A stretch of 63,953 bases of DNA, counting the filler, from Licmophora abbreviata (lineage: Eukaryota), in NCBI GenBank assembly GCA_900291995.1. It is 9 parts of 9 records of this genome, joined end to end, with 100 filler letters (N's around TTAATTAATTAA, not from the genome) between each part and the next. Parts side by side here need not be neighbours in the genome. Positions count along the whole stretch, not along the records: positions 21,977 to 37,309 come from OLMU01001244.1; 8 more parts are not named here. One strand, 5' to 3'. The notes below the pieces were generated by a model that worked only from the letters and a program-made list of their open reading frames with translations, had not been told where the DNA came from and did not search any database. The first letter of the stretch is position 1; each line of letters opens with the position of its first letter. A program made the position numbers and the translations under genes. Positions 22,203 to 36,516 of the stretch are shown here, in pieces.

Positions 22203-25200
22203 CTAGTCGTCGCGTCGCTGGACCCTCACAAACAAGGAAGCAAACATATACGGTCCGCAGCGTGTAAACATAGCATCGAAAAGTGCGACACTTCGGTAGC
22301 CTGGTCGCAAGCAAGACACCGGCACGGAGGAAGCCGCGATAAATTCGCATGATCCGTCGCGCTGCTCGTCCCAAACGGAAATGAGGAGCATGGCTACCGA
22401 TGGATTCTTAACGTGCACATCGAACGGTTTGTCCTCGTGCCAGACAGGGTTATAGCCATTGCGATCGGAGCAGTGAGTAGTGTAGACGATCTCGGAACTA
22501 TCAGATCCCATGGTTCCGTCGTACAGCGCGACCTTGACAAACGGGTGTATATACTTTTTGCCGCCACGATTCTCCGGTCTGGGCATGTTGCTTCCAGATA
22601 GAACCTCAAACTTCCAGTGTTCTTCACGCTGAGGTTTCTCCTTGTCGTCCATAAGATATTTGGGTTTGAGTACGTATCCACATGATCCATTCTCGCGAAA
22701 ACGACCATCGTTCAGAAACAAGTGTTCTCCGGCGGCGTGATAATTCATCGAAATGAACTGACATCCGGCGGCCCACTGAGGGACAGGGTCGTAATTGAAG
22801 CGCGGAGCGCACTTAATAACCTTCCAAGAAGGAAAGGTGCGGCACATGTGTCTTTGTGTAAACTTGACAAGAGCTCTTTCCGTGGTATGTTCCTCTTCTG
22901 TACACAAACGCTGGAGAACCATGTCCTGTGCAAAGCTATGCATGTGTGCGCTTGGAAGAGCAAAGCTCTTCTCCCAGTACTTGTGCTTGCAGCTATGGAG
23001 AAGGGTGAGTGTAGCCAAGGTAGCGTAGACCACTGCGAGTCGGTCCATCTTGTCCTTGTAGACACGTGCGTGCTTGGCGGCACTTTCCTTTTCTGTGGCA
23101 ATCAGTGTGGCGATCCGTGACTTCGACGTGGCCTCGTCAGCTTGCTTTCTTGCGAGAATAGCGGTATTGTATGCATTGACAGCGTATTTCTCTGCCTGTT
23201 GCTGCATGTTCACACGGTGGATCTCCTCCGCGACATCTCGTTGGGCGTTAGAGTAGACTTCTGAAGACGTAGCTAACAACCGCTTTGCATCCAAGGCGTT
23301 TGTCTCGGCGACGGCTCGAATAGACTTCGCAATTTCGTAGTTTCTTCGAGCAACATGCTCTTTCCCCGTCCACATTTCAGCTTTTTCGACTAAAGCGCTA
23401 TGATCCTTAACTTTCATAGCAGCCTTGGCTAGCTCGTCGGCTTTCTGACGGCTTTCCAGTGCAACGCGAGCCGCTTCCGTCGACGCCCTCTCAGCTTCGG
23501 CCAGCTGTGCCTGGACACTGATACGATTAGACTCACTGTGATCTACATTCTTCAGGGCCTTCTCGCGGGCGATTTGCCGCAAGGCTGCAGCTTCTCGTTC
23601 CTCCTCCGCTTGCTCGGCCATCTCCTCAGACATGTGCGAGCTCCGATCCGCAAGCTTTCTGGCACGAGACGCAGTGTCCGCCTGCTTCTTCCATGCGCGG
23701 GCTTTAACTTCAAGCGTCTCCTGCAAGTCGCGTCTTTTGAGTTCTGAAGCCTTGTTCTCAGCGGATGCGGTTTTAAGTGCATCGGTATATTGGCTACGCT
23801 CCTGTAGTTTGGCCTCGTGCTTGGCTGCAAAGTTTGTCACGTGGCGAGGCCTGGAATCGCCCGGATTTGTTGTCCCCTCTGATAGCTCTCTCTGGTACCC
23901 TGTGCTCCCCTCAATCAGTTTGATCTGTTCATTCACCCTATCGAGCATGGCCGCTGCTTTCTCCATCCGTTCACGCGCTTCCTTCGCAGCTTTGGTAGCT
24001 TCAAGACACTGACGATGAAGCGCTGATGCCTCCTGTTCCAGTTTCTCCTCCAAGAGCGTTTCTGCGTCCGCTTTCGTCCGATCTTTTTCGGCACTTTCTA
24101 AAGCGAGTGTCGCGCGCGACTTCGTGTCAGTAGCACGCTGCTCGCTGATCTTCGCTTCCGTTGTAGCCGTGACAACAACAGTCTCGGCACTTGAACAGTT
24201 CGACCGACTCTTGCGGAGCATGTCTCTGACGGTATCTACTCTTTTTCTAGCGGTATCGGCGTGCTCACGATTGGACCTAGCCTCAGCTGCGGCCCTGCTT
24301 GATGCTTCCGAAATGTCTTTCTCCCGCTGGTACGAAGATTCCAGCTCCGCGGTCGCTTTCAAAAAAGCTTCGTGCACAATTTCGAATTCTTTCTTCGCCA
24401 GTATTTCTTTTTCAGCTGCCTCTATGGATTCCTTGTCAGCGGCGGAGTAGCTAGTTTGCGCAGTAAGAAGAGTGTTTTGCAAGAAATCCTGAACCTCCAC
24501 ACCTTCTCCATCCGAGCTGGATGTTGCACTCTTCGGCGTAGATACGCTACTCGTTGTCCTGGCAGTAGTATCCTCAAAGTGGTTTAACTCAATCTCAGTT
24601 TCTTCGCCATGCTCGCTCTCTTCGGTCCCCGCGTCGCGAGCCAACGTGCGCACTTGATTGGGAGTGAGGCTGGCTTGTTCCATGAGCTTCGTAGCGAGCG
24701 CCTCCGCCGCCAATGCTTCAACAGTCAGATTGTCGGCACGCCCCTTGACCTTGCGCGACTCCAATCGAGCCTCGGTTGCTTCTTTTTCCGCCGCTTGGAG
24801 AAGTAGAGATGGTGTCGGATGAGCATTGTGTGCTGGGGAAATACTGCGGATGGGCCCCGCAGCATTGAACCCAGTCACGACGACGCCTTCGACTTCTTCT
24901 TCATCATCAAGTTCGTCATCACCGGTCTGGGCAGTATTGATATCGATCTCATCATCAAAATCGTCATTGATCACGGTCGCCCCTTCCTCGATGACAAATG
25001 GTCTCTTGCTTTTGATCAACACTTTTCCTTGTACAAGCTCCGGACTTGGGAGCGGCGCATCCCCACGGTCTTCCACAATCGGTGGCGCGTACAAGAGCCC
25101 TTCACCCTCTAGAATTTCTATCAACTGCTCTGCCATGATCTCTTGACACCTAACCGTACAGTGGTTTTCAATCAGCAAAACTATTGGAGTGGACTCTGGA

Positions 25201-27027
25201 AACGCCTTAAGAAACGAGCATATTGCTTTCAACACATCCGCAAACTCGATGCCTTGGCCGGCATCACTGCCCATCGTCGGCTTGCGACGCCCCACCACGG
25301 GTTCACCGGACAGGCCATCCCACGTGTCTATTTCGATCGCACGGACTCCACGCTCTAGCGCAATACGATAGGACTGCACGTCGGTCGACACGTGTCGCTC
25401 GGCAGCCATTTCGCGAACCGACGGCGATGCAGCAAACGCATTGTTGGGAAGAGTCGACAGATACGTGTCGTGACTCGTATTGATCCAATAGTGATTCAGT
25501 GGACGTGACATGTCCTGACAACCGATCTTTCCCTTCTTAGGGTCCATCCAATCGTTGGAACCAGACAAGAGGTACGAGCGGAAGGACGTCTTGCTCAAGC
25601 GATCCGAAATCTTGCCATTCTCATCCGATGACCTGCCGCCGTCATGCCGATGCAATCGAATTTGCCGATCGAGAACCGAAATAAGTTCGTGCACGTGTTC
25701 CAGAGTACATTTGAATTCCTTTTGCTGCGATCGAATAAAGCTCAAAAAGGCAACAGCGGAAATCGTGTCGTCCTGGTCATGATGGAGCTTGATTTCCAAA
25801 TCCGAGTCGTCGGGACCCAACTGTGTCGACGGCACAGGATCCGTCTCGACAATGGAATCCCAGAGCGTGTCAATGGGATCTGACTTGATCTGAATCATGT
25901 CAAGTGCCTCGTCTTTGACCTCTTCCAACAGAGCTGCCGTCTGGTCCAGAGTGAGTCCTTCTTCTTCCACCTTGAGAAACTGAACAGAATCCTTGTAGAG
26001 TCCCGACAAGAAGGCCTTCTTGACCGGCACATTCAGTCGATCGCAGAGGTTCATCCAGTCAGGAGCAGACACACGGACCTCCTCCGCCTTTGACAACTGC
26101 TTGTCCATCTCCAACCAATGGTGTTCCAAAAGCAGTATAGACGTATCGCAGTGTTGTCGGTGCCACGCATAGAGCTCTACCAAGTCCTCCAATGTAATTA
26201 CGAGCGTGTCATACTCATCGTCCGATGCAGATACCACAAGGTCAAGCGTCTCGAGTCGATGCGGCCCAAAATTCGGTCGGCTGCTGCTCCCATCCATGGA
26301 AAAGTTGGCAGCTTCCGGAGACACCCGGTAGACAATACTGACGCAGCGCATATCATCATGCTCACTTTCGGAGAGCGGCAGTGCATCCATATTGAGTGCC
26401 GTTTGAAAGCGTGGACTGACAGGTCCTCGTTGAATCCGAATGATACTACTGATGGCAATGCGTTTGGCAGTGATTTCCTTTGTCTGATTAGGAGACACAA
26501 ACTTGAACAAGCCCTTGACGCTGCGAATTCGGTTCGTCGTGACGAACAGCTCATGGCGATGGTCGGGAGATATGGCGATACGACGGGCTTGCAGTTTTCC
26601 AGACTATACAATAAAAAGGTAAAGTGCAATTTGGGTGCAAAAGCAGCAAGGAGTGGTATAGAAGTAAAGGAAAAAAGAGTGAGCAAAAACATCAAGGAAA
26701 CAAAAAGCTAAATTCTTTCTCTTGGACTGATGCTCCAATGGGTTTCCTCCACAGATCGATCTTTTCTCAAGTCTCGAGTCTCAAAAATGCAAAGGCCCCC
26801 ACATACGGCACACAGACACGGATGTCTTGCTCATTTTTCCGCCACCGTACCTTGGAAACCTTGGATACTTCCATTCCCCCCTCGTCGCGCATCGTTTTGC
26901 GACTGCTCACTCTCAAATTGGACGGAATTGAATAATTTCTAAAGTCATCCATACTACTTCTACTACCACCAGTAGACGAGGACGGCAAGGGCCGCAACGC
27001 ACCCGGGCCCTGAAACCAAGACGCCAT
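22203..27027 (-). CDS. Phosphoinositide phospholipase C-like protein (PH-EF-X-coiled coil-Y-C2), ~1525 aa; intron 26604-26850
   Basis: Exon 1 (27027-26851) splices AAG|GTACGG..TATAG|TCT to give PH-like GGMEVSKVSKSGKLQARRIAIS; X box DMSRPLNHYWINTSHDTYL..GVRAIEIDTWDG..IENHC..LIKSK; Y box CRTFP..NYDPVPQWAAGCQFISMNY..FRENGSCGYVLKP; C2 domain NGYNPVW..LRPGYRSVAL. Confidence 0.93.
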
Positions 27028-27339
27028 GGTGGTTGTGCTTTGTTGTTTGGGTATGTGTATCGTACCAGACTGAAATTGGGAGTGGGAGTTGCTGTGCTGG
27101 CGTAACCCAACGGTTGGGCGCGCTCGCGATGCGTTGAACTCGTGTTGATGCGAGGGAAGGTCTGTCTGTCATCTGGATAGAGGTATCTTTGTGTGGTCTG
27201 TCTGTCGCCACGACCGTTGGATACGGAATCAATCCAAACCGCGTCGCGAGAGCCGCACAAAAAAACTCACACCCTACTTTCGATGTTTCGATAGGATTGC
27301 GACCATGATTGATGATGTTGTGATGGTCTAATAATCATC

Positions 27340-30300
27340 ATGTCACGCAATTCAGAGGATAAGTCTGCTATAACTGCTTCCATGATGCAATCATTGGTTA
27401 ACGCACTTGCTAGTACTAGTCTGGATACCAAAATCGCTTCCAAGAGAGTCGAGGCTGTTCAACAGGCGGAACGGCATGTCGAACAACCGCATAGTGTCGA
27501 GTTGCTGGCAAGTTTGGAAGGTAAGTAATGATGATGATGATTTGGTGTAGATGCAGTAAATTCTTATTTCACGCCCTCTCTCTCTCTTTTAGGCGTTGAA
27601 TGTCGTTCGGATCATGCGGTCCGTCGAGTCGCTCGCTTGTACTGTCGTGCACTCTTGGCGTCGGAGAACGAGGATGAGACCGTGATATTGCAGCTATGTC
27701 GAGGTCTGTGTCGGGTATTGATACAAGGTTCCATCGATCATGGCGTAGGAATTCTAGAGACTTGTGTCGTCAAGAGATTATTGTCAGTATTCAACGAGAA
27801 CGAGACTGCCAAACGAACCAAGTTGCTGAATGCTTGGGAGCAAATTGCGACGGAGGAGGATGACTCGTCATACTATGCTCCCGCCTTGGCTCTGGCAAGT
27901 GCTCTTGATGACACAAAGACTGGAAAAGAAGATCCCAACAAGTGGATTGAGATTTTGTTGCAAAGAGCCTTTCGTGGAACGAACATGGCTGTTCCAAACG
28001 ACATTCGGTTTTGTACAACCATGTTATGGAACCATGCCACTCAAAGTGACTGGGAGTTAATTGAAGCCACGTGCACTTTGAAGTTGCGGGCCAGCCCCGA
28101 GCGCGCGTTGGAACTCGTGGCCTTTCTTGTGGCAGCCTTGCGGCCATGCCATCTTACTATTGTCGATCGACTGGAATCGGACTGGATGCCCACCTTGTTA
28201 AAGCAGTTGAAATCGCCCAAGTCGCACATTCGAAAATCAACACATCACTTGTTGACGAGTCTCGCTCTTCTACAACAGCCAGAAGCAACGGCCATTGTGT
28301 CCAAGGCACTTGGATCGGCCGTGTCGTCTCTGTCTCAGGCAGATCAGCGAGAAGGAGTCTATCAGGTCTTGGGGAATGCTGCGGAGCGCACCAGTAGGAC
28401 GCTGGATACGGACACCTTGTCCGCGGTCTTGTCGAACTTGACGACTGCGCTCGGTAAGGAAACCAAGGTGACTCGCGATGCTGGACTACGAGCTCTGTCT
28501 ATGTGGATGGTAGCAGCCACTAGGAGCGGGGATGGAGGAGAAGGGTACGACCAGGCAGTCAACTACTTGCAGGCACCTCTCGAGCACTCCAATGGGGCAG
28601 AAACGGTGTGGTGCATTGGAACGTTGGTGACCATAGTCCACCCAGATGTATTGGAATCGATCACATTGAATTTGTGGGGAGCCGCGACTGAAAAAAAGCT
28701 GGACAAGGGAATCCAGGGTATCGTCGAGAGTGCCAGCAAGAAGCATGCGTCGTCGAGTACTGTGCCGCCAGTGGAAGGACTGGTCGCGACGTATCTTGTT
28801 TTGGTGCATTCTCTCGCTTCAGGCAAGAAAGTCCTAGATATGCCGGCGTGCGTTGTCAAGGTACTTTCCGCCGGTGCCTCGTCCCTCAACAAGACATCGT
28901 TCTTGTACAGTCAGACGATGACAGACGCCGTTATATCCAATCGACTAGTGGGTCAGTTGTTGCCTCGAACCATTGCTCTCTATGCAAAGTTGCTGGCCAG
29001 GGAGGAAAAGACGTTTAGCAAGCTCTTTGATGAAGGGACCGCCGCGGCTCGTGCACTCGCATGCTGCATCACACACCCTTGCGCCCTTCAACAAAGTTCA
29101 CCGACGGAAGCGATCCTATCGTCGATGCAAACTGTGCTGACCTACTTCCCCGCGGCGGGTGATTCTCTCGTGTCAGCTCTCGTGGAGCATGTCAATATCC
29201 TTACATTGGAGTATGAGCAACACACGGGTGGTCAGAATGCCACGCGGGAGGACCGCGAAGTCTTCATGCCCATTAATGAATTATCATCGAATCGCATGTC
29301 GGTCAAGGGACAGTACTGCCCAACTGCGTCGCATCAAAATATTGATCCAAATGCTGTCCGTCAATCTGGTGTGCTATTGGCAAAGTGCGCAAAGGATGCC
29401 TCGCGGCTGGCTGAGGCGTGTCTGCTGCTACATGTGGGATCGTCTCTCAAGACGACGGGCAAACAAAGAAGACGCTTAGTGGAAAATCTCACGGATATTC
29501 TTGAGGCAATCGTGTTGCCCTGGGCTACAGGCGAGCAAGATGTGCTATCAGCAATGGTCAACACGATATCTGAGTTCGCATGCTGGGTTCAGCGGCATAG
29601 CGCCAACTCCGTAACACCTGGCGTTCAAATAAGCAAGGCGGTGCATAAGTCAGCATTGAGCTTTATGTCGAGTTTGGGAGGAATTGCGTGTTCGTTCGAT
29701 CCTGCGTTTGACGATCCAGCTGACGAAGATATGAAGACCGCGGTGTTTTCCAGAAAGCTTTGTACAGAGGGACTAGCAACTGCATTCGCACGGAGCTTGA
29801 CGGAAACGCTCTCCAAAGTGGAGGCTCTATCGGAACGAGATGTTGCTGTTTACAGGAGCAGGATGGGCTCGCTGTTTCAAGAGGTTTCAGAAACACTCAC
29901 AGACAATGAAAGCAAGGCGACAGCAGTGCAAGGAAAAACGGGGGGAAAGAGTCGACGGGGCAAGGGCGACTTTGGCGCCGGAGTCGAGGAAGAAGAGTGG
30001 GAACGCGAGATAAAGAAGGAACTAGCACAGAAGAAGAAATCGTCTGGATTGTCTGCCTCCTCAAGTCTTACAACTGAAGAGATGAAGCTGGTCGCGACAC
30101 AAGATATTGAAAGACGACGGATTTGCGGCATAGTCGACGGTGACCTCACACGTACGTTTTCCTCGATCCAGAATCTTTTCTTGTCAGACATCGAGGTTGG
30201 CAATGCAAGCCTACCCGTCCTTTCTTCAAGCGTTCTCAAGTCGGCTTTGTCCGAATGTGCGGTTTATATTGGCATACCTGCTCTTAAAGCCAGAGCAGTT

Positions 30301-33300
30301 GAAATACTCTCGACTTTGGCTTCGGGTGTCTATGAAATCGATGAATCCCATGCTCCGTCACTCGCTCGTGCCTTGACCATCTGCTGCCGACGGACTGTAG
30401 CGAGCAATCAGTTGGAAGTTGTCGCGCTCCCTTCACCTTGTGAGCCAGCTGCTGTTGCCGTATCTGAAATGGACAAATTTTCGGACTGCCTGTCTGGTCC
30501 CTCCTTTTCTTTCCTGTTTCCGATTCTTCGGGCCGCGCTTGCTGGTCCAAGAACAGTTCCAGGCTGTGAGGCAGCATTGCGAGTTCTTAACCGACACACG
30601 CGAATGATAGACGGGGACGAGGAGAATCCTTGTATTTCGCTACTCCGGAAGGACATGGCTGTATCCGTTCTTGACCTCCTGTCTCACGATCGCTCACAGA
30701 CTTTTATCGACCCGTCTCCTACCGAACGCTTGTGAATTGCTACCAAACGGGAAGTTTGGAAAAGCCCAACCGTAGCCCTGCTCTGAGTACTTCCGAAATA
30801 GCACCATTACTTGATGAGCGAGGGGCGCTCGGGGTGCGACAATGTCGTGTGGCATCCATGATTGTGATCAGGTCGATCGCAGAAAAGCGATTGAGCCTTG
30901 CGAAGAACAATCCGTTGATCGAGAATCGAGTATGGGTGAATTGCTTTGATGAACACGAAAGCGTTCACCACGCAGCGAGATCTGCTTGGATGGTAATCAC
31001 CGGAAATGCTGGGGGCGCCGAAGATATCAAATCATTGCCATCTCCGTCTCCTCTATATGCGATCCCCTTGCTGCCTTTGTTGAGTCACTCGGACTCTTCA
31101 GTCGCCGTCGCAGCAGCCGATGCGTTTGCCCATGCGATGGGAAGACACCTATCGTCGGCAGACGGAAGTGTCTCCAAGTTGTGCGGTACATTCATTGAAG
31201 CGTACGCCACGGAGTTTGCAGAGGAGAAGACGATATCAAGTCTGCCTGCCCCTCTCCCTCGAAAGGCGCTCCCCACACCCGCTGCCAAGAAGAAAACGAT
31301 CGCCTCGATCTCGACGGGGCTTCCCAAAAAGGTTGTGAAGAAGAAATCAGCTCTAGCGGTTGCCGGTATTGGACAGGCAAAGCCCAGAGCTACCAAGAAG
31401 AAGGCGGTGAGCTCCGCTCTGCTGAAGCCAAAGGAGAAAAGATCCTTGAACAAAGACTTTTTTGAGAGTCAGTTCCGCACGGACAAAAAGCCTGAAAGCT
31501 CAGAAAAGGATTCATTGAAGAAGGTGGAGATCCGCCTTGGGGTTCTGAAGGCCATCGCGTCCCTCACAGAGACGTCTGCTGCAGTTGACTTGGATTTGTC
31601 TTCATTGAGACTTTTGGTCGGCTTCTTGGTGGCGTACGGTCTTGCTGACGGCAACGACAACGTCCGAGAAGCAGCGAGAAATGATCTTCGCGAGATAGTC
31701 GCCTCAAATGGAGGTTCAGACGAAGCGATCGCGTACCTTTTGCCGCTTTTCGAGTCTGTTTTGAACACAGGTGTCGCGGATGAGAGTTCTCTGGGCAAGC
31801 TCGAGACATCGAAGGTTCCACGAAACGTTGCAGCGTCTGATCGCCGCAAGGAAGGCGTTGTAGTAGCGCTGGGATCAGTTGCGTTACATCTGAAAGGAGC
31901 CGAAAGCGAGAGTAAGATTGACAATACCATTGACATGCTCCTGGGCGCCTTAAAAACGCCAAGCGAGAGCGTTCAGTCGAGTGTTGCTGCCTCTCTAGCA
32001 AAGCTAATGAAGAAAGGGCATACTCAGGACCGTATCGAAGTCATCATTTCTAGTCTCATGAAGGATTGTATTCATGGTGACTCTCTTGCTACGCGGCGAG
32101 GTGCGGCCTACGGCATCTCTGCGGCCGTCAAAGGCAGTGGAATCGCAAGTCTTAAGAAATATGAAGTGGTCAAGCAATTGGAGCAATCGTGCTCGTCTGG
32201 GGCGTCCAATGAAAAGGAGGGGGCCTTGTTTGCTATCGAACTTTTGAGTGGAAGGCTGGGCCTACTGTTTGAACCATACGTTATCGTGCTGCTTCCCTCA
32301 TTGCTGAAGTCATCTAGTGACAGCAGCGACTATGTGCGGACAGCTGCGGACAATACTGTCGGGATCATTATGAGTAAGCTCTCAGCTCATGGTGTGAAGC
32401 TTATTCTTCCGGCTGTGTTGTCTGCATTTGAAGATCCGGCATGGCGTACAAAGCAGGCATCGATTCACATGCTGGGAAGTATGAGCCACCTTGCACCAAA
32501 GCAGCTCGCATCTGCACTACCGAAGGTAGTCCCCAAGCTCACGGAGGCTTTCAGCGATACTCATCCAAAAGTAAAAGCCAGCGCAGAGGATGCGTTGGGC
32601 GAAATCAGTAAGGTCATCAAGAATCCAGAAGTATCGTCCATAAGTCCAGCTCTATTGAAGGCGTTGACTGATCCAGGTGAGGCACTCACTCGTTTGGTTC
32701 TGTGTGCATTCTGTGGTGGGCTCTCTAATCCTCATCCCCTGCTATCGGTGAATTTTTAGCCGAGTACACTGTCAAAGGACTCGAAGCTCTCATTGGAACG
32801 GAGTTTCTTCATGCGATTGATGCTCCAAGTCTTGCTCTCATTGTTCCCGTCCTTCATCGCGGACTCCGCGACAGAGCTGCGACAACGAAGCGATACAGTG
32901 CACTTATCGCCGGAAACATCTGTACCATGATCAACGACCCGAGAGACTTTGTGCCGTATTTGCCGATTTTGATACCTGACTTGAAATCAGCCGTGTTGGA
33001 TCCAATCCCAGATGTGCGCAGTACGTCGGCCAAGGCGTTGGGGTCGCTGACCCGTGGTCTTGGTGAAGAGACGCTCGTGGACCTTCGCCCGTGGTTGGTT
33101 GCGAAGCTTCGGGAAGACAGTCTCAGCTCGGCAGAGCGCAGCGGTGCCGCGCAAGGTCTCACGGAAGTGCTTCTTGCGTGCGGAACAAGTGTAGTCGAAA
33201 GCGTCATGCTAGATGAAATCCTCCCTCTCAGAAATCACCCCCAAGCCAGCACTCGAGAGGGGGTTCTTTGGGTACTTACATTCCTTCCATCTGCGTTGGG

Positions 33301-36300
33301 CCAAGCCTTTGCGCCTTTGATTGACGCTTCGCTACCAGCTTTGCTGGGAGGTTTGTCAGATGACAGCGAACTCGTGCGAGATGTGGCTATGCGCGCAGGT
33401 CGCGTGTTGGTTCGAAGTCACGGCAAAGTCCATGTCGACAAGGTTCTGCCGAGCCTCGAGAACGGTCTTGCCGACGATGACTATCGTATCCGCGTCGCAT
33501 CGCTCACACTTTTGGGGGATCTGCTAAGCATGATCGGGGGCACATCTGTCGTTAAGGGCGACGGCGAGACGCAGGACGATATTCGGAGAGCTGAACGAGC
33601 ACAAGCCCAAATTGCACTGGTCCTAGGGAGCGAGACAAGGAAAAGAGTTCTCAGTGAGCTGTACATGACTCGCAGTGACACAGCTGCAGTTGTCCGTCAA
33701 AGTGCTGTCCAGGTCTGGAAGACCGTGGTAAGCGTGACCGCAAGGGCGTTGCGTGATATCCTTCAAGTTTTGGTTAGTAAGATTGTGGATGCCTTGGCAA
33801 GTGGACATCCGGAGAAGACGCAAGTTGCAGGTCGATGCCTAGGCGATGTCGTGAATAAGCTTGGAGACTCTGTTCTACCCGAGATTATACCAGTGCTTCG
33901 AAACGCTCTGTACACGGGAGATCAGCACACGAGAACAGGCGTTTGCGTCGGACTGTCAGAAGTGATTCGGTGTTCCACGAAAGACCAGATTCTTCGATTC
34001 CTAGAGATAATCGTGAAGGTTGTACAAGACGCACTGTGCGATGAGGATGAGGGAGTTCGGAAGATGGCCGCGTCATGCTTCCAGAGTCTCCACTCTCTCG
34101 TGGGCAACAAAGCCATGGATGAAATCGTACCTTCACTTCTTGTTGCACTGGAACAAACGGACGATGAGCAATCAAGGACCCGAGCTCTGAACGGTCTGAC
34201 TGGCATTCTCAGCATCCGCAGTCGGGAGCTGTTGCCTTATATCATTCCGAAGCTAATTCGCAGTCCTATCACGACGAACCATGCTGAGGCGCTCTCCGGA
34301 ATTGCAGCTGTTACCGGCGGTACCATCCACATGCACTTCAGCTCTATCATCCCGGGCTTATTGATGGAACTAGCTGGTTTTTTGGTGGACGAGGAAGATA
34401 AAGAAGAGAAATCGAGGGAAGCCGCAGTCCGAGAATGTGCCCGTTCTGTCTGTCGTCATGTCGACGATGTAGGCGTCAACTGGTTGATCAGTCAGATCAC
34501 CAGCAAGTGCAGCAGCGATAAATCAGAACTTAGAGAGACAAGCTGCTGGATGTTTCAGATTGCGATGGAAGAGAGTAAGTGTACACACACTGGATATGGG
34601 TCGGTGTATTTGAATGATCGATAAAGACTCGATATGCTCTATGGAGATCTCTCCTTTTTGACGAGATCCGTGAGGGTGTTCTACAATGAGATTTCTGTCT
34701 GACAAATCAACATTATCACATTGCACTTTACGGCTTATTGTTTGCGATGACTCACTTTCACTGTCCATTGAAATTCACAGGGAGCAGCAAGCAGGACTTT
34801 TACGAAGAGGTCCCAATTATTCTTCGCGAATTGCTCTACCGTCTGAACGACGAGAACCCGTCCGTCGTCAAGGCCGCCCATTCTGCCTTTTCTGCTCTTT
34901 CCAAGAACGTACCAGCGGAAGAGCTCGTCAAGCATATCGAGTTCATTCGAAATCTCATTGCCAGTATCGTAAGCGAAGCAAGGCATCGAAAAGGAGGCGT
35001 TGGTTCTGGGGAGTTCCTTCTCCCCGGATTTAACATGCCAAAAGGTACGTACTGGGGCGTTGTGGGATGGGTGTACTCTCAACACTGTCAACATGAGGAT
35101 CAACAACGAATGCGAATTCCGACATATTTTATGGGGGTAGCACAGATTAGTCTTTCTGATTGCCGACCATCTGTGGTATCATTCTTTTGCGATGTCGAAA
35201 TTGTCAGCTCATGCGCTTTTCGCATCATCTCTTACAGGACTCGAGCCTTTCTTGCCAATCTACCAACGGGGCATTCTGTTCGGCAACGCCACCGTCCGAG
35301 AAGTGGCTGCGGCCGGTCTAGGCGAGTTGATCTCGCTTACATCCAGCAAGTACTTGGCGGGTCCCCTAATTATCAAAATTACGGGCCCACTGCTCCGCAT
35401 CGTGGGCGACCGCAATCCCTCCGACGTGAAGATTGCAATTCTGCGCACGCTTGGCTTGATATTGGTCAAAGGCGGACCGGCACTACGAGCCTTTGTTCCG
35501 CAGTTCCAAACTACATTCGTCAAGGCACTTGCCGATCCGTCGCGACAAGTTCGAGTCGAGGCCATTCAAGCACTCGCGCTGCTGATGCCCTTGTCAACTC
35601 GAGTCGATCCGCTCTTGAAAGAACTCGTGTCGGGATCGCTCGGAAAGAGTGGCGGCGGCATGGGTGAGACGGCAGCTATCGCGGCCGTGCAGACTGCCAC
35701 CCTGGAAGCCCTGGCCGTTGTACTGCGAAAGGGCGGCGCCAAGGCGAAACTCCCCGCCAGCGTCCCGTCGGCACTAGATGCTGGCAAGGAACTGCTCCGT
35801 CATGAAGACGAGGGCATTCGAGAAGCTGCTGCCAAGGTGTTGGGTGCTGCCTGTGAATTGTTGGGAGTCGAAACTGCCATGGACGTGCTACAAACTGATG
35901 TTTTGGGACAGAGTGACTCGTCTTCGGAGATACGGCATGGTAAAGCATGTGCCTGTCATCGAATTGCAGCATCGTCCGTTGGATCAAACATTGGCGAGTC
36001 GGGCATCCTGTCGGATTTGATAAGCCTCATCGTGTCATACATGAAAGACGACAAGGGCATTGTCCGGCAAGCGGCCTGTGTAGCGATTGGCGCCCTTGTG
36101 AGTTGTTCGACGGACGCAGACGGTGCACTTCGACAGGTCGAACCGGATGTTCTACCGATTCTTCAAAACAGCAAGGAGTCCTTCGAAGTCCATCGCAGTA
36201 TGTCGCAAGGACTGTGTTTGGCTATGCATCTGTACAAGACGGACAATCGAGTTTCCTTCCTAGGCAAGACCTTGATGGATGCATCGCTGCAGCTGGCCAT

Positions 36301-36481
36301 GAGTGGCTCGCAGCGAGTACAGCATGCGTACAATGACGTCTTGTGGATGGCATTGAATGTGCAAGAAGGCGAACAGGGTTTGGAACAGTATACGAGCATG
36401 GCGAGCTTTGACAAGTCCAAGTCCATGAAATCGCTGTATTCAAAAGTGTTGTCGAAAATCAAGGAGGTGGAGTTGGACTAG
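27340..36481 (+). CDS. GCN1: eIF2-alpha kinase (GCN2) activator GCN1, ~2860 aa; introns 27521-27592, 32677-32759, 34575-34780, 35045-35237; 1-nt frameshift near 30725
   Basis: HEAT repeats with GCN1 signatures (LKTPSESVQ, RRGAAYGISAAVKG, FEPYVI, LSAHGVKLILP, WRTKQASIHMLGSM, AIDAPSLAL, DPIPDVRSTSAKALG, ERSGAAQGL, ITGPLLRIVGDR, FVPQFQTTFVKAL). All four GT-AG introns preserve frame; summed exons (8588 nt) are one base short of a multiple of three. Confidence 0.96.
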
Positions 36482-36516
36482 ATTACACTATCATAAGAAG
36501 AAACCAACTGTGATAA

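Noticed and set aside
30720..30740. GCN1 as a pseudogene or two separate genes
   Set aside because: One added A restores a continuous ~2860-aa frame with intact conserved motifs and canonical introns.
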